This document shows, one piece after another, positions 10,129 to 20,358 of a stretch of DNA of 57,567 bases. Where the stretch lies: sequence record MN536026.1; one strand, given 5' to 3'. Position 1 is the first letter of the stretch. Each line of letters begins with the position of its first letter. The position numbers were made by a program, and so were the translations under genes. Source of the stretch: Pseudomonas phage vB_Pae-SS2019XI. The notes below the pieces were generated by a model. It saw only the letters and a program-made list of their open reading frames with translations, had not been told where the DNA came from and searched no databases.

Positions 10129-10614
10129 ATGGCACTTTCGGACTACACACCGGAGCGCCGTGAGGTCTGTGTCAATGGGAAGCCCCTTTTCTACGTGGAG
10201 GGGCTTTCTCTTGAGACTCTCGCGCTTCTCATCAGAACTCACATGCCTGACTTCGAGGCGGTTTTCGCCATCCTGATCAACAGTGAGCAGGCCGGCGGGG
10301 ATTTCAATGGGCAGTTGCAACGCGCAGCGCTAGGGATCGCGCAACAGGCTCCTGGGCTCGCCGCGAACATCATTGCGGCCTGCAGTGGCGAGGAGCTGAG
10401 CGCAGACCTGGTGAGAAGTGCCAGCCGCCTGCCGTTCACCGCGCAAGTCGAGGCGTTGACCCAGATCGGCGAACTGACCTTCCGAGAGGCCGGCGGAATA
10501 AAAAAGGCGATGGAGTCCCTGATCACTCTGCTCGCGAGAATGCGGGCAGGCTTGCCGGACGAGACTCGGACTCCAGCTTCCTCCGCTATTACCAGGGAAT
10601 CAGGCGCGACGTAA
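10129..10614 (+). CDS. tail assembly chaperone G
   Basis: 161 aa directly upstream of the tape measure gene; contains slippery AAAAAAG. Confidence 0.75.
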   Translation: MALSDYTPERREVCVNGKPLFYVEGLSLETLALLIRTHMPDFEAVFAILINSEQAGGDFNGQLQRAALGIAQQAPGLAANIIAACSGEELSADLVRSASRLPFTAQVEALTQIGELTFREAGGIKKAMESLITLLARMRAGLPDETRTPASSAITRESGAT

Positions 10615-10823
10615 GCCTACTCCTTTCAGAGGGGCACGCTGATGCTCGGCGATACCCCCTCGCGGTTCTGTGGTCGGAAGCGCGGATCGTTCGGCAACGG
10701 CACAACGCCAGGGCAGTACAAGATGCCGCAGTCATGGAAGCGGTAATTGGCGCGGTTATCAGCCGAAGAAAAGGGCAGACCACCCTGAACACCCTCCTGA
10801 AACGGATCCTGAACAGTGACTGA
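10129..10823 (+). CDS. tail assembly chaperone GT fusion made by programmed -1 frameshift at 10500-10506
   Basis: Heptamer A AAA AAG is in the 0 frame of G. The -1 frame was translated by hand from 10506 to TGA at 10821-10823 with no stop, a 106-codon extension. It ends 8 nt inside the tape measure start (GTG 10816). Confidence 0.7.
10500..10506 (+). other. -1 ribosomal frameshift slippery site AAAAAAG
   Basis: X XXY YYZ heptamer in codon phase A-AAA-AAG of gene G. Confidence 0.65.
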
Positions 10824-13800
10824 TCAAACGCGCAACGTCGAGCTTGTCATCAGGGCGAAGAACCTCAGCAAGAAGACCCTGGACGACGTTCGAAAAGAGA
10901 TCGAGGCCGTCAACGCGGCTATCGATGCGCAGGTTGACGCGTCCAAGCGGGGCCAGGGATCACTGAAGGACCTGGACGCTGTCTATCGACGCCTGGAAGA
11001 CGCGATGAAGTCGCTCGTCCAGCAGCAGGCGCTGATCAAGCAGTTCGAGGCGCAAAGCGCTCGACTCAAGGAGTTGCAGGACCGCCTCGGCGCAGCGAGC
11101 ACTCGGCTGCGGGACCACCAGGCTGCGATGGAAGCCGCCGAGAAAGTGACTGCGCGCCAGACCAGCACTCAGGTCCGGTTGACGAAAGCCGTCGAACGCG
11201 CCGAACAGGCAGTCGCGAACCAGTCCAAGCGCCTCGCTGACCTTCGTGCGCAAGGCGAGGCCGCAGGTCTCGCGATGGGGGATCTGGAGCGAGCGCAGGA
11301 TCAATTACTGGCTACCGGGCGCGAGCTGGCGAATGTCAACGCCCGGCAGGCTCAAACGTCGGACCTTGTTGCCGCCAATATGGCCAACGCAGAGCGCGCA
11401 GCACGGGATCTAGCAGCAGCGCAGGCATTCGAGGCGAAGGCGGCGGTTGCAGCGCGTCAAGTAGCGGAGAGTGAGTACAGCCAATTCTGGCTTCGGGAGC
11501 TTGCAAAGCGCGAGGCGGAAGAGCGGCGCTTCCAGCAGGTAAGCGTACAGATGGCAGAGCGTGCTGCCCGTGAAAAGGCAGAGGCGGACGCGTTCCAGAG
11601 TAAAGCGGCACAGGCGGCACAGGCAAACCGTAGGCAGCAGGCTGAACGTGAATATGCGGCACTATTCGACGCCGCTGAGCAGCGACGCACGCAGGCTGCG
11701 GCTGTTGCACAGCTCAACGAGATGGCCGACAAGGCCACCGCAGCTGCACGAGGCTATACAACCCTCGGCGCAGCCGGCGAACGGTTGGTGCAGAACAATC
11801 GGGCGCTCAAGAACTCGTTGCAGCAGATCCTGGACCCGGCGGGTGCTGCTCGCTCGACTCTCGGCGGGGTGGAGGAGGAGGTCAATGCTCTCGCGTCGGC
11901 CATCGGCCGGATTGAAGGGCCTGTGCAGGACGCTCGCGGCCAGCTGCGGCAACTGGCCGAGGCACAGCGTGCACTGACCACGCAGGCGTCTGGGATCGAA
12001 GCGTACCAGCGGCAGCTGCAGTCGCTTCGCGACGCACGCGCCGCGTTCTCAGCGGCTCGCGGCCAGGTCTTGCAGTACGCCGCCGCGATGCGGCAGGCGG
12101 AGGCGCCCACGGCGGAGATGGAGAGCGAGTTGCGCCGGCTCCAGTCGAACCTCGCGAGCGCCTCTGGGCAGATGCAGCAACAGGTCGCTCGCACGCGGCA
12201 GATGCGCTCTGAGTTACAACAAGCTGGTGTAGACACAAAGAATCTTGCCGGCGCGCAGGAACGCCTAACTCAGGCAGCTAAGACCAGCGTGCAAGCCGTG
12301 GGGCAACTATCGGCAGCGGTTAAGAAGTACGGCAACGCTGCAGAGGACGCAGCGCAGGACACCAACTTCTTCGAGTCGAACGGCAGGACAACGCTGAGCT
12401 TCTTCCAGCGTATGCGCGGTGAACTGCTCGCCTTGGTTGCCGCGTACGGCGGTCTCCAGGGCGCCATCAACTTGGCCGATCAGTCGGTCGATGCCTTCAA
12501 CACGAAGCAAGGCGTGCAGAACCAATTGGCTCTCTCGGTCGGCAACGACGCGAAAGCTATCGGGGCTGAGTACGAGTACATCCGGCAGCAAGCTGATCGG
12601 ATCGGGATCGCGTTCGAAGGGGCCGCGAAGGGGTACGCGAAGTTCGCTGCCGCAGCCACCCTCGCCGGACGTAGCCGCCAAGAAGTGCGCTACGTGGCCG
12701 AGACGTTCATGGAGGTCGGTCGGGTTGCGAACTTGACTGCGGATGACATGAACGGGGTCTTCAAGGCTCTTGAGCAGATTTACTCGAAAGGGAAGATCCA
12801 GGCAGAAGAGCTGCGCGGGCAGTTGGGTGACCGTTTGTTTGGCGCGTTTGAACTGGCCGCCGCGGCGCTCAAAGACCAGTTTCCGCAGCTCGACAAGGCG
12901 ATGAAGGATGGCTTGATCACGAGCGAGCAACTGGTCCTTATCGCCGAGAAGTACAAAGAGACCGTGGCGGGGCAACTGCCCACTGCAATGCAGTCCTTGG
13001 CTGCGAACCAAGCCAGGCTGAACAGCGCTGTCTTCGACTTCAAAGTGCTGATCGCGGAGTCGGGGTTCGCCGACGAGTACGGGAAGCTCATTACCAAGCT
13101 GTCCGCGTTCTTCCGCAGCGACGACGGCAAGAAATTCGCTCAGGACCTCAGCTCGCTATTCGGAACTGTGGTTCAGGTGCTGAGTGTGCTGCTCGACCAC
13201 CTTGACGAAGTCAAGCTGGCGGTGGAGCTGGCGTTCGGGGCGAAGGCGGCGCAACTTGTTGCCGGCTTGGCCACCAGTATCACCTCGCGCCTGTTGCCGG
13301 CGCTCGTTGCGTTGCAGACCGAGCTGACCGCGACGGGGTTAAAAGGTAAGGGTGCCGCTGGGTTGATCCAGGGCGCGTTCGGCGTGCTGATGGCCGCCAT
13401 GGTCGGCTGGCAGATCGGCACCTATCTGAGCAACGAGTTCGCGGTGGTGCGGAAGGCCGGCGTGGTTATGGTTACCGCGTTGGACGAGTATTTCACCAAA
13501 CTGAAATACAGCTTCAAGCTCCTCTGGTCGGGCTTCTCCGGATCCGCCGCCGACGCGCTGAAGCAGTCGTTTAACGATGTTGTCGAGTTCTTCCAGAAGA
13601 CCCTTCGAATGTTCGAGTCCGGCTACAAGCTCGCCGGGTTGGATGATGCGGCCAAGAGTGCGGCGTCCGTCGCCGAGAAGCTCGGGAAGATCAAGCTCAA
13701 CGTTGGCGGGAAGCCCGCGGAGCTGAAGAAGCAACTGGAGGAGGAGCTGGCTGTCATCCGGCAGGTCCGCGCCGAGATGCTTGCCGACATCGACAAGCCG

Positions 13801-15063
13801 GCGAAGGGCTCTACGACCCCAGGGGCTGCGAGCGCAACGCCACGGCCGGATATCGCGACGAGTAAAGTGGTCGGCGGCGGCGGCAAGGACAAGGAATTCG
13901 AGAAGCTCGTCAAGAAGCGGATCGCCTTGGCTGAAGAACTCACCCGTGCCCTGGAGAGCGCGGAGGCGAAGATCCAGCGCAATGAGAAGCTCTCGCTTGA
14001 ACAGCGTTTGGCCGCTATCGACACCGAATACCAGAAAGTCTTCCGAAAGATCGAACAGCTTTCGAAGCTTCCTGGCGGCGCGCAGATTGCGTCCGAGATG
14101 CGTAACACGCTCAGCGGCTATGTTGAGGTGCTGAAGAAGCAGGAGACGTTGAAGTTCAACCAAGAGGAGATGGCCCGCCGTGAGCAGCGGATCAACTCCC
14201 TCCTGGCGCTCCGGCAGCAGATGCTGACGACCATTGCTGCACAGCAGAAAGCCGGTCAGATCCCCCAAAACAAACTGAAGGACGCCATCGCTGGCGTGGA
14301 CGCTCAGGTCAACCCGCAGATCGAGCAGGCCGTATCTGCTGCTCAGCAGTTCGCGCTCGCCAACAAAGAGGTTTTCTCTGACCAGACGGCGATGGATACC
14401 TACCTCTCCAAGCTCAAGGCGATCAGCGCCGGCTTGGTTACGGTCAGCACCGACCTTTACTCCGTTGATCAAGTGAACCAGGACATCGCCAGCGGGCTGA
14501 CGCAGGGCTTCGATAGCTTCGCGGAGGCTATCGCGAACGGCGACGATGCCGTCAAGGCGCTGAAGAACGCATTCCTGCAGTTCGCAGCAGACTTCCTCAA
14601 AAAAATCGCCCTGATGATCGTGCAGCAGATGATCCTCAACGCGCTGCAAGCCAGCCCGATAGGGGGTGTTGTTTCTGGCTTCGTGAACGGCGCGGTCAAG
14701 CATTCAGGCGGGCTCGTAGGGGGCACCGAGGGGCGGACCAGGAGTGCCCCGGCATCTTGGTTCGCCTCTGCCCCGCGCTATCACACAGGGGGTGTGGCAG
14801 GCCTGGCTCCGGATGAGTACCCGACGATCCTCAAGAAGAACGAGGAAGTTCTCACCGACGACGACCCTCGCAACGTACTGAACGGCGGCCTATCTGGCGG
14901 GAAAGGAGGCTCTGTATCGGCGCCGCAAGACGTAACGGTCATCAACACCGTCGATGCGGAGTCGTTCGTCCGGCAGGCCCTGGCTACCGATTCGGGCAAG
15001 AAACTGATCATGAATGTGCTCTCGGCCAATCGGTCGGAGCTGAAGACTCTCGTAGGGAGATGA
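10816..15063 (+). CDS. tail tape measure protein
   Basis: 1415 aa, long coiled-coil Ala/Gln/Arg-rich N-terminal half, position after G/GT. Confidence 0.9.
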   Translation: MTDQTRNVELVIRAKNLSKKTLDDVRKEIEAVNAAIDAQVDASKRGQGSLKDLDAVYRRLEDAMKSLVQQQALIKQFEAQSARLKELQDRLGAASTRLRDHQAAMEAAEKVTARQTSTQVRLTKAVERAEQAVANQSKRLADLRAQGEAAGLAMGDLERAQDQLLATGRELANVNARQAQTSDLVAANMANAERAARDLAAAQAFEAKAAVAARQVAESEYSQFWLRELAKREAEERRFQQVSVQMAERAAREKAEADAFQSKAAQAAQANRRQQAEREYAALFDAAEQRRTQAAAVAQLNEMADKATAAARGYTTLGAAGERLVQNNRALKNSLQQILDPAGAARSTLGGVEEEVNALASAIGRIEGPVQDARGQLRQLAEAQRALTTQASGIEAYQRQLQSLRDARAAFSAARGQVLQYAAAMRQAEAPTAEMESELRRLQSNLASASGQMQQQVARTRQMRSELQQAGVDTKNLAGAQERLTQAAKTSVQAVGQLSAAVKKYGNAAEDAAQDTNFFESNGRTTLSFFQRMRGELLALVAAYGGLQGAINLADQSVDAFNTKQGVQNQLALSVGNDAKAIGAEYEYIRQQADRIGIAFEGAAKGYAKFAAAATLAGRSRQEVRYVAETFMEVGRVANLTADDMNGVFKALEQIYSKGKIQAEELRGQLGDRLFGAFELAAAALKDQFPQLDKAMKDGLITSEQLVLIAEKYKETVAGQLPTAMQSLAANQARLNSAVFDFKVLIAESGFADEYGKLITKLSAFFRSDDGKKFAQDLSSLFGTVVQVLSVLLDHLDEVKLAVELAFGAKAAQLVAGLATSITSRLLPALVALQTELTATGLKGKGAAGLIQGAFGVLMAAMVGWQIGTYLSNEFAVVRKAGVVMVTALDEYFTKLKYSFKLLWSGFSGSAADALKQSFNDVVEFFQKTLRMFESGYKLAGLDDAAKSAASVAEKLGKIKLNVGGKPAELKKQLEEELAVIRQVRAEMLADIDKPAKGSTTPGAASATPRPDIATSKVVGGGGKDKEFEKLVKKRIALAEELTRALESAEAKIQRNEKLSLEQRLAAIDTEYQKVFRKIEQLSKLPGGAQIASEMRNTLSGYVEVLKKQETLKFNQEEMARREQRINSLLALRQQMLTTIAAQQKAGQIPQNKLKDAIAGVDAQVNPQIEQAVSAAQQFALANKEVFSDQTAMDTYLSKLKAISAGLVTVSTDLYSVDQVNQDIASGLTQGFDSFAEAIANGDDAVKALKNAFLQFAADFLKKIALMIVQQMILNALQASPIGGVVSGFVNGAVKHSGGLVGGTEGRTRSAPASWFASAPRYHTGGVAGLAPDEYPTILKKNEEVLTDDDPRNVLNGGLSGGKGGSVSAPQDVTVINTVDAESFVRQALATDSGKKLIMNVLSANRSELKTLVGR

Positions 15064-16430
15064 CAATGGCCGTCGAGACCGGCACCGCAAACGGGAACAT
15101 CGACTTGATGAACAAGCTGATGACCTTCCTATCCACCCACCCGGACCTGGTTAGCAGCGACCAGCAGTGGGAGGTACTGCGCAACGAAGACTATCCGATC
15201 AGCTTCCCGTTCCCCGGACGAATCGCTTTCGCGAACTATGGCAGCTCGCGCTCGACAATGCCGGACGTGTTCCCTACAGCACTCCCGGTGCAGAACTGTA
15301 AGGCTCGCTTCCAGGGTAAGCTCAACGCTCCGAGTGCTGGAACCTATGTCTTTTCGATCATCGTCAACAAGCAGTGCCGAGTGCTGATTGATGGAGCGCT
15401 CGCCGGAGGCGTGTTCTCGCCAAATTGGTCGACCAGTAACACCCCCTTCACTCAGACGTTCACTATCAACCTGACTGCGGGGCTGCACGACATAGTCGTC
15501 GACGCAGTGTTTAGCGATACCAGCTACTCGGGACTCAGCCTCGGATGGAAGACTCCAGGCGACAGCGCCTTCTCGATCATTCCGGCATCAGCATTCAGCA
15601 GCATGACGGCGCGGTACGGCTGGACCCAATACTGGAACCCTTCAGCGGCAGACATGGCCGCGACCTCTGCGGATCGGGAGTATGTTCTGAAAGGTCCCGG
15701 CTTGGCTGGCCAGGATGAGATCTTCTTAGCGATCCGTACCGCCAGCTCTGCGCAGGCCGACGTCTACAACGCGATGATCACCTACGCAGTAGGGTTCGAG
15801 CCGAGCGCCCTCTACAGCGCGCAACCGGGGGTGGGTAATAGCAGCTTCATGCTGTTGTGGAACCAAGCCATCAAGTACTGGTTTATAGCCAATGGCCGCC
15901 GCTTTATCGTGATCGCAAAGGTCTCGACGACCTACGCCAGCATGTACGGCGGCTTCATCCTGCCGTACGGCCTGCCGACCGAGATCCCGTACCCGGTAGC
16001 CAGTGGAGCGAATGCAGGGGCTGACCGCCGATGGTCGGATCAGACCGAGGAGAACTCGTCGTTCTGGAACCCCGCAAGCTACAACCCCAACGACGGTGTG
16101 ACCTCGCTGACGATGCGGCGCCCTAACGGCACAATCGAATCGTTCGCCAACATCCACTACTCGCCGACCCCGGACGCTCGGACGTATCCGTATTACAACC
16201 GCATCGCGTTCAGGCCATCCCCGGACAATCAGTACGCGTTGCAGCCGGTAGTCCTTTACTCCGTTGCCGCGGGCAAGAACGTGTGGGGAGAGCTGCAGGG
16301 GGTGTTTCACATCTCGGGCTACAACAACGCGTCCGAAAACACACTGCCAATCGGCGGCAAGACCTACCTGGTCGTCCAGAGCGCGTTTCGGACCACGGCT
16401 AGCGACTACGCAGCCATTCTGCTGGAGTAA
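15060..16430 (+). CDS. tail tip protein with PA14-like carbohydrate-binding domain
   Basis: 456 aa. Residues about 95-190 (FQGKLNAPSAGTYVFSIIVNKQCRVLIDGALAGG...TFTINLTAGLHDIVVDAVFSD...LGWKTPGD) fit the PA14 pattern. Start overlaps TMP stop. Confidence 0.55.
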   Translation: MTMAVETGTANGNIDLMNKLMTFLSTHPDLVSSDQQWEVLRNEDYPISFPFPGRIAFANYGSSRSTMPDVFPTALPVQNCKARFQGKLNAPSAGTYVFSIIVNKQCRVLIDGALAGGVFSPNWSTSNTPFTQTFTINLTAGLHDIVVDAVFSDTSYSGLSLGWKTPGDSAFSIIPASAFSSMTARYGWTQYWNPSAADMAATSADREYVLKGPGLAGQDEIFLAIRTASSAQADVYNAMITYAVGFEPSALYSAQPGVGNSSFMLLWNQAIKYWFIANGRRFIVIAKVSTTYASMYGGFILPYGLPTEIPYPVASGANAGADRRWSDQTEENSSFWNPASYNPNDGVTSLTMRRPNGTIESFANIHYSPTPDARTYPYYNRIAFRPSPDNQYALQPVVLYSVAAGKNVWGELQGVFHISGYNNASENTLPIGGKTYLVVQSAFRTTASDYAAILLE

Positions 16431-16434
16431 ACAA

Positions 16435-17376
16435 ATGGCCTATCAAACGGGCGTAGCCAGTGGGCTCGCCGACCTCATTTCCGCGTTGCAGACCTTCTGT
16501 GCAGCCAACGGCTTCACCGTCGGCCCTTCGTGGACCTTCTCGTCCGGTAGCGGTACGACGCTCACCAACTGGCAAGTACGTTCGCTTGTGAAGAATGGCG
16601 TCTACTTCACGATGCATTACGGTGTCAGCGGAGGCTCAGCCTACAGTCGAGACGTCCTTCTCATGAACACGAGCACAGCGGTTTCGTCCAGTGGCGACCC
16701 GAACACGCAAGTGGGGGCTTGTCCAGCGAACTGCAGAACGGACATGCTCGGCGGCCCCTATGTGGGTTACCACTTCTTCAGCGATGGCTACGGCGTCAAC
16801 GTGGCGGTGGAAGTTGTCACAAACGTCTTCGTGCACTTCAACTTCGGGGAGCTGCAGAAGAACGGGGCGTGGACTGGAAGCCAGTACGTGATGGGGACAG
16901 CTCTGTACACACGCAGCGGTTCTGGGCCGTACGACCTGTTCAACAGCTACAACTTCATCCCGTTTTTCAACGGGAACATCGGCGATGCTTTTAGCGATTA
17001 TGGCTCCCTCGGCGGGCACATCAGGACACCTATTGGTGATCCGACCGCGTATTGCCGGCGCGCTTACACCAGCACTACGTCCTTCTGGACGCCGTTGGCT
17101 GACAACCACGGGCGGCAGCTAGTCGACTGCTCCCCGAACTCGCAGAACGGCCGGTCGGTGATTGTCCCTGCGAACGCACTGGTAGCGTCGTCCGGGCAAT
17201 CGGGGCCCTTCTACCAGCTCGGCTACGTCGCCAATGCTGGCGTGATCAACATTACCAACTTGAACCCGAAGGAGGTCGTCAACACCGACTGGATGGTGTT
17301 CCCGATACAGCAGAAAAACGGCCCGAGCACCAACTACATCAACTCCCAGAACTACGGATTGGCGTACCGGAAATGA
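16435..17376 (+). CDS. tail-associated protein, Gly/Ser/Asn-rich, possible lectin-like
   Basis: 313 aa, ATG 16435 five nt after upstream stop, between the PA14 protein and the tail tip module. Confidence 0.45.
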   Translation: MAYQTGVASGLADLISALQTFCAANGFTVGPSWTFSSGSGTTLTNWQVRSLVKNGVYFTMHYGVSGGSAYSRDVLLMNTSTAVSSSGDPNTQVGACPANCRTDMLGGPYVGYHFFSDGYGVNVAVEVVTNVFVHFNFGELQKNGAWTGSQYVMGTALYTRSGSGPYDLFNSYNFIPFFNGNIGDAFSDYGSLGGHIRTPIGDPTAYCRRAYTSTTSFWTPLADNHGRQLVDCSPNSQNGRSVIVPANALVASSGQSGPFYQLGYVANAGVINITNLNPKEVVNTDWMVFPIQQKNGPSTNYINSQNYGLAYRK

Positions 17377-19049
17377 GCACTCTATGGCCGTCACTGCTCT
17401 ATGACGCTCAAGGGCCACACGCGCACAATGCGTATGACCAGGAGCTGCCGGCGTACCTGGAAGTCGAGGAGATCAGCTCGCAGCTACAGCCAGGACCGCT
17501 TGCCGGAAGTGGGGCCGTCCCCGAGATCCCTCGGCAGATCGCCGGCAATAGATGGCGCGGTGTCAACGACACCTTCTACAACCGACTGCTGGTAGAGCCG
17601 TCGCTGCTTGAACTGGGCAATCTGCTGAGCAACCAGACTCGTACGATCAGCGTCTGGAACGGCTTCCTGGAAAACAAGACGATCTCCGCCTTCCAGCGCG
17701 TGAATGACGCTGGTATAAGCGTCACCGAGCCAGTGGCGGTGCCTTACGTCCTGCGCCCCCTGGAGCAGCTCACCTACATCCTGAATGTCTCAACTGATGG
17801 TCCGGCTGTGATCGACGCACAGTACGTGTGGACTGTCGACGGCACGGATTATTCCGCCGAGGTCACTGGGCGTCGTGTTGTGGTTTTCCCTTTCGGCCCC
17901 AACTGGAATACCCCGGTAACGGAGCCGCTGGAATGGCTCACGAACGTCCTACGATCCTACGCAGGTAACGAGCAGCGCCGCTCTTTGCGCGTTGAAGCCA
18001 GGCGGGAACTGAGCTACAGCCTGCGGCTCACCCGGCAACAGTCTGCGCGCCTGGAGAATTTGCTGTGGGGCTGGCAGAACCGCATATACGCAATGCCGAT
18101 ATGGACGGACAAACCCCGCCTCACCGCGCATGCCCAACGGGGCGACCTGGAGCTGCTTCTACCGACCGACACGTACTCGTTTGCGGCGGGTGCCCTCGCT
18201 GTGCTGTATCAGAACGCGGAGACGATGGAGGTCGTAGAGATCGACACGGTGGCGGCAGGCAGGCTCGCGCTTCGGCGCCCCTTGGAAAGCGATTGGGGGA
18301 TCGATACGGCGGTGATGCCAATGGTCTTGGGGCATCTCCCCACGTCCGTCCCGCTGATGCGCTACACGAACAACACGTTGACCGGATCCATCTCGTTCAC
18401 ATGTGACCCGAACACCACGGACCCATACACGCCGGCTGGAACTCCCCCTGTCCAGTACGAAGGCCTGGAGGTGATCACTCGGCAACCGAACTGGGTGAGC
18501 CCTCTAGATAACTCGTTCGCGTATGAGTTTCAGACTCTCGACCAGCAAGCGGGCGCTGTGCTGTGGAACCCCACCGAGGAGTTCCCCCGAATCATCAGGC
18601 GGTACACATGGCTTTTGAACGGGAGGCAGCAGATCAAGGCATTCCGGCAGGCGTTGGGGCGCTGGCGCGGGCAAGCCAGGGCGCTCTATGTCCCGAGCTG
18701 GCACGAGGACTTCAAAGTCACCAGAGCCATTGGTGCCTCCGACGTCGGCATCGCTGTCGAGGAGAACGAGTTCCGAGGCATGGTTGGCGTCGATCCGGCG
18801 CGGAACCGACTGATGCTGCGCCTGGAGAACGGCCAGATGTTCTTCCGAAAGATCGTGGGCGTGTCCACCGATGGAACTTACACGCTTCTGACGATCGACG
18901 CTCCGTTCAACCTGCAGATCGAGGTCAACCAGGTTCGTGCTCTGCACCTGCTGATGCGCTGCAGGCTCGCTACCGACCGCGTCGAGCTGGTTTGGCGTAC
19001 CAGCCAGGTAGCGACTGTAGATACCACATTCACAACGATCCTGGAGTGA
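17373..19049 (+). CDS. tail tip / distal tail protein
   Basis: 558 aa, start overlaps upstream stop, part of a tightly coupled tail-tip gene block. Confidence 0.5.
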   Translation: MSTLWPSLLYDAQGPHAHNAYDQELPAYLEVEEISSQLQPGPLAGSGAVPEIPRQIAGNRWRGVNDTFYNRLLVEPSLLELGNLLSNQTRTISVWNGFLENKTISAFQRVNDAGISVTEPVAVPYVLRPLEQLTYILNVSTDGPAVIDAQYVWTVDGTDYSAEVTGRRVVVFPFGPNWNTPVTEPLEWLTNVLRSYAGNEQRRSLRVEARRELSYSLRLTRQQSARLENLLWGWQNRIYAMPIWTDKPRLTAHAQRGDLELLLPTDTYSFAAGALAVLYQNAETMEVVEIDTVAAGRLALRRPLESDWGIDTAVMPMVLGHLPTSVPLMRYTNNTLTGSISFTCDPNTTDPYTPAGTPPVQYEGLEVITRQPNWVSPLDNSFAYEFQTLDQQAGAVLWNPTEEFPRIIRRYTWLLNGRQQIKAFRQALGRWRGQARALYVPSWHEDFKVTRAIGASDVGIAVEENEFRGMVGVDPARNRLMLRLENGQMFFRKIVGVSTDGTYTLLTIDAPFNLQIEVNQVRALHLLMRCRLATDRVELVWRTSQVATVDTTFTTILE

Positions 19050-19052
19050 ACC

Positions 19053-19880
19053 ATGTCCATCGGAGACAACGAACTTAGCGTGCAGGACGCTCGACCCATT
19101 GAGCTTTTCGAAGTCAGCTACACCGGCAACTACTGGTACTACAACACCTCTAGCAAGGACATCGTGCTCGATGGGAGGCGCTACATTGCCGCGCCGTGTT
19201 CACACGAAGACATCATCCCTACAGTCGATGCCGAGAAGACTGGCAATACGGCGGTCTTTCCCGCGGATGCTGGGTTCGGTGAGGTCTTCCGAGTGCAACC
19301 ACCCAGTGAAGTAGTTTCGATGTCGATCCGCATGCAGAACTACCTGGTCCCGAGCGAGCTGGTTACGATCTGGAAAGGGCGCATCATCAACGTCGCCTGG
19401 AATGGGGAAGGGATGCTCGAAGCGGTCGTGGAGAACGTGTTCTCCTCCCTTCAGCGACCGGGGCTGCGCCGCCGATTCTCCATAACATGCCCCTACGTCC
19501 TGTATAACGACAGTTGCGGCGTGAACCGCGACGACTTCCGCGATGACACCCCAGTGCTCGCGGTGGCTGGCTTGGGGCTAGTGCTACAGGCCGCCATCGG
19601 TAAGCCTGACGACTACTACGCAGGCGGGTACGTCACCTGGGAGAACAATATTCATGGGAACCAGGAGAAGCGCATGGTACGCCAGTCCGTCGGCGCCACC
19701 GGCACGCTCATCCTCGCGTCTCCACCAATCGCCTTGAGCGGCGGCCAAGTGGTGTCGGCGTACGCTGGCTGCGACCACCTGATCGCAACGTGCGACTCGA
19801 AGTTCGACAACTCCGACAACTGCGGCGCGACACCCTACATCCCGAAAAAGAATCCGTTTGGCGGCTCGACTATTTATTGA
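19053..19880 (+). CDS. tail tip protein, possibly DUF2163/BR0599-like
   Basis: 275 aa, Cys-rich C-terminus, synteny. Family assignment is a recollection, not verified. Confidence 0.4.
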   Translation: MSIGDNELSVQDARPIELFEVSYTGNYWYYNTSSKDIVLDGRRYIAAPCSHEDIIPTVDAEKTGNTAVFPADAGFGEVFRVQPPSEVVSMSIRMQNYLVPSELVTIWKGRIINVAWNGEGMLEAVVENVFSSLQRPGLRRRFSITCPYVLYNDSCGVNRDDFRDDTPVLAVAGLGLVLQAAIGKPDDYYAGGYVTWENNIHGNQEKRMVRQSVGATGTLILASPPIALSGGQVVSAYAGCDHLIATCDSKFDNSDNCGATPYIPKKNPFGGSTIY

Positions 19881-19912
19881 GAGAATCAACTAATAGTTGT
19901 GGATAAAACAAG

Positions 19913-20152
19913 ATGACCGGACTTGAATACCTATTCGTAGCCCTGGTCATGGCAGTCGTGAGCTACGCGATCACGCTGTCGATGGCCCCAAAGCCAGAGA
20001 AGCCCGTTGCGGGCCAGCTCGACGTGCCTACAGCGGAAGAGGGCGGCTGCATCCCCGTTTGCTTTGGCAAGAACATCATCAAGCAGTCGAACGTGATTTG
20101 GTACGGGGCCCCATCAGTCGAACCGATCAAGACGAAAGGTGGCAAGAAATGA
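19913..20152 (+). CDS. small tail-module protein with N-terminal TM helix
   Basis: 79 aa, LFVALVMAVVSYAITLSMA hydrophobic segment. Confidence 0.4.
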   Translation: MTGLEYLFVALVMAVVSYAITLSMAPKPEKPVAGQLDVPTAEEGGCIPVCFGKNIIKQSNVIWYGAPSVEPIKTKGGKK

Positions 20153-20358
20153 CAGAACCTCGCCTGACTCTCGCAGACTGCCATGCGATGGAGCCTCGGT
20201 ACTGCAATCAAGGTATCCGGGCAGTGCTCGGGCGCCTGGGACTGAGCTGGCCAGAGTTTCGGGACCGTGGTTTGCCCTTCAGCGCGTTCGAAGGGGTGGA
20301 CGACGCAATGGTTCAAGCCGTCCTCGACAAAGCGCGTGAGCGCCTGGGGGCCCGATAA
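20149..20358 (+). CDS. small tail-module protein
   Basis: 69 aa, ATG 20149 overlaps upstream stop (ATGA); chosen over the TTG-initiated 20059 ORF. Confidence 0.35.
   Translation: MTEPRLTLADCHAMEPRYCNQGIRAVLGRLGLSWPEFRDRGLPFSAFEGVDDAMVQAVLDKARERLGAR

Noticed and set aside
13339-14703. 454-aa minus-strand ORF inside the tape measure gene (also 3333..4382 opposite the portal gene)
   Set aside because: Antisense shadow ORFs typical of high-GC DNA, with no RBS or start context. The sense-strand genes are confidently assigned.
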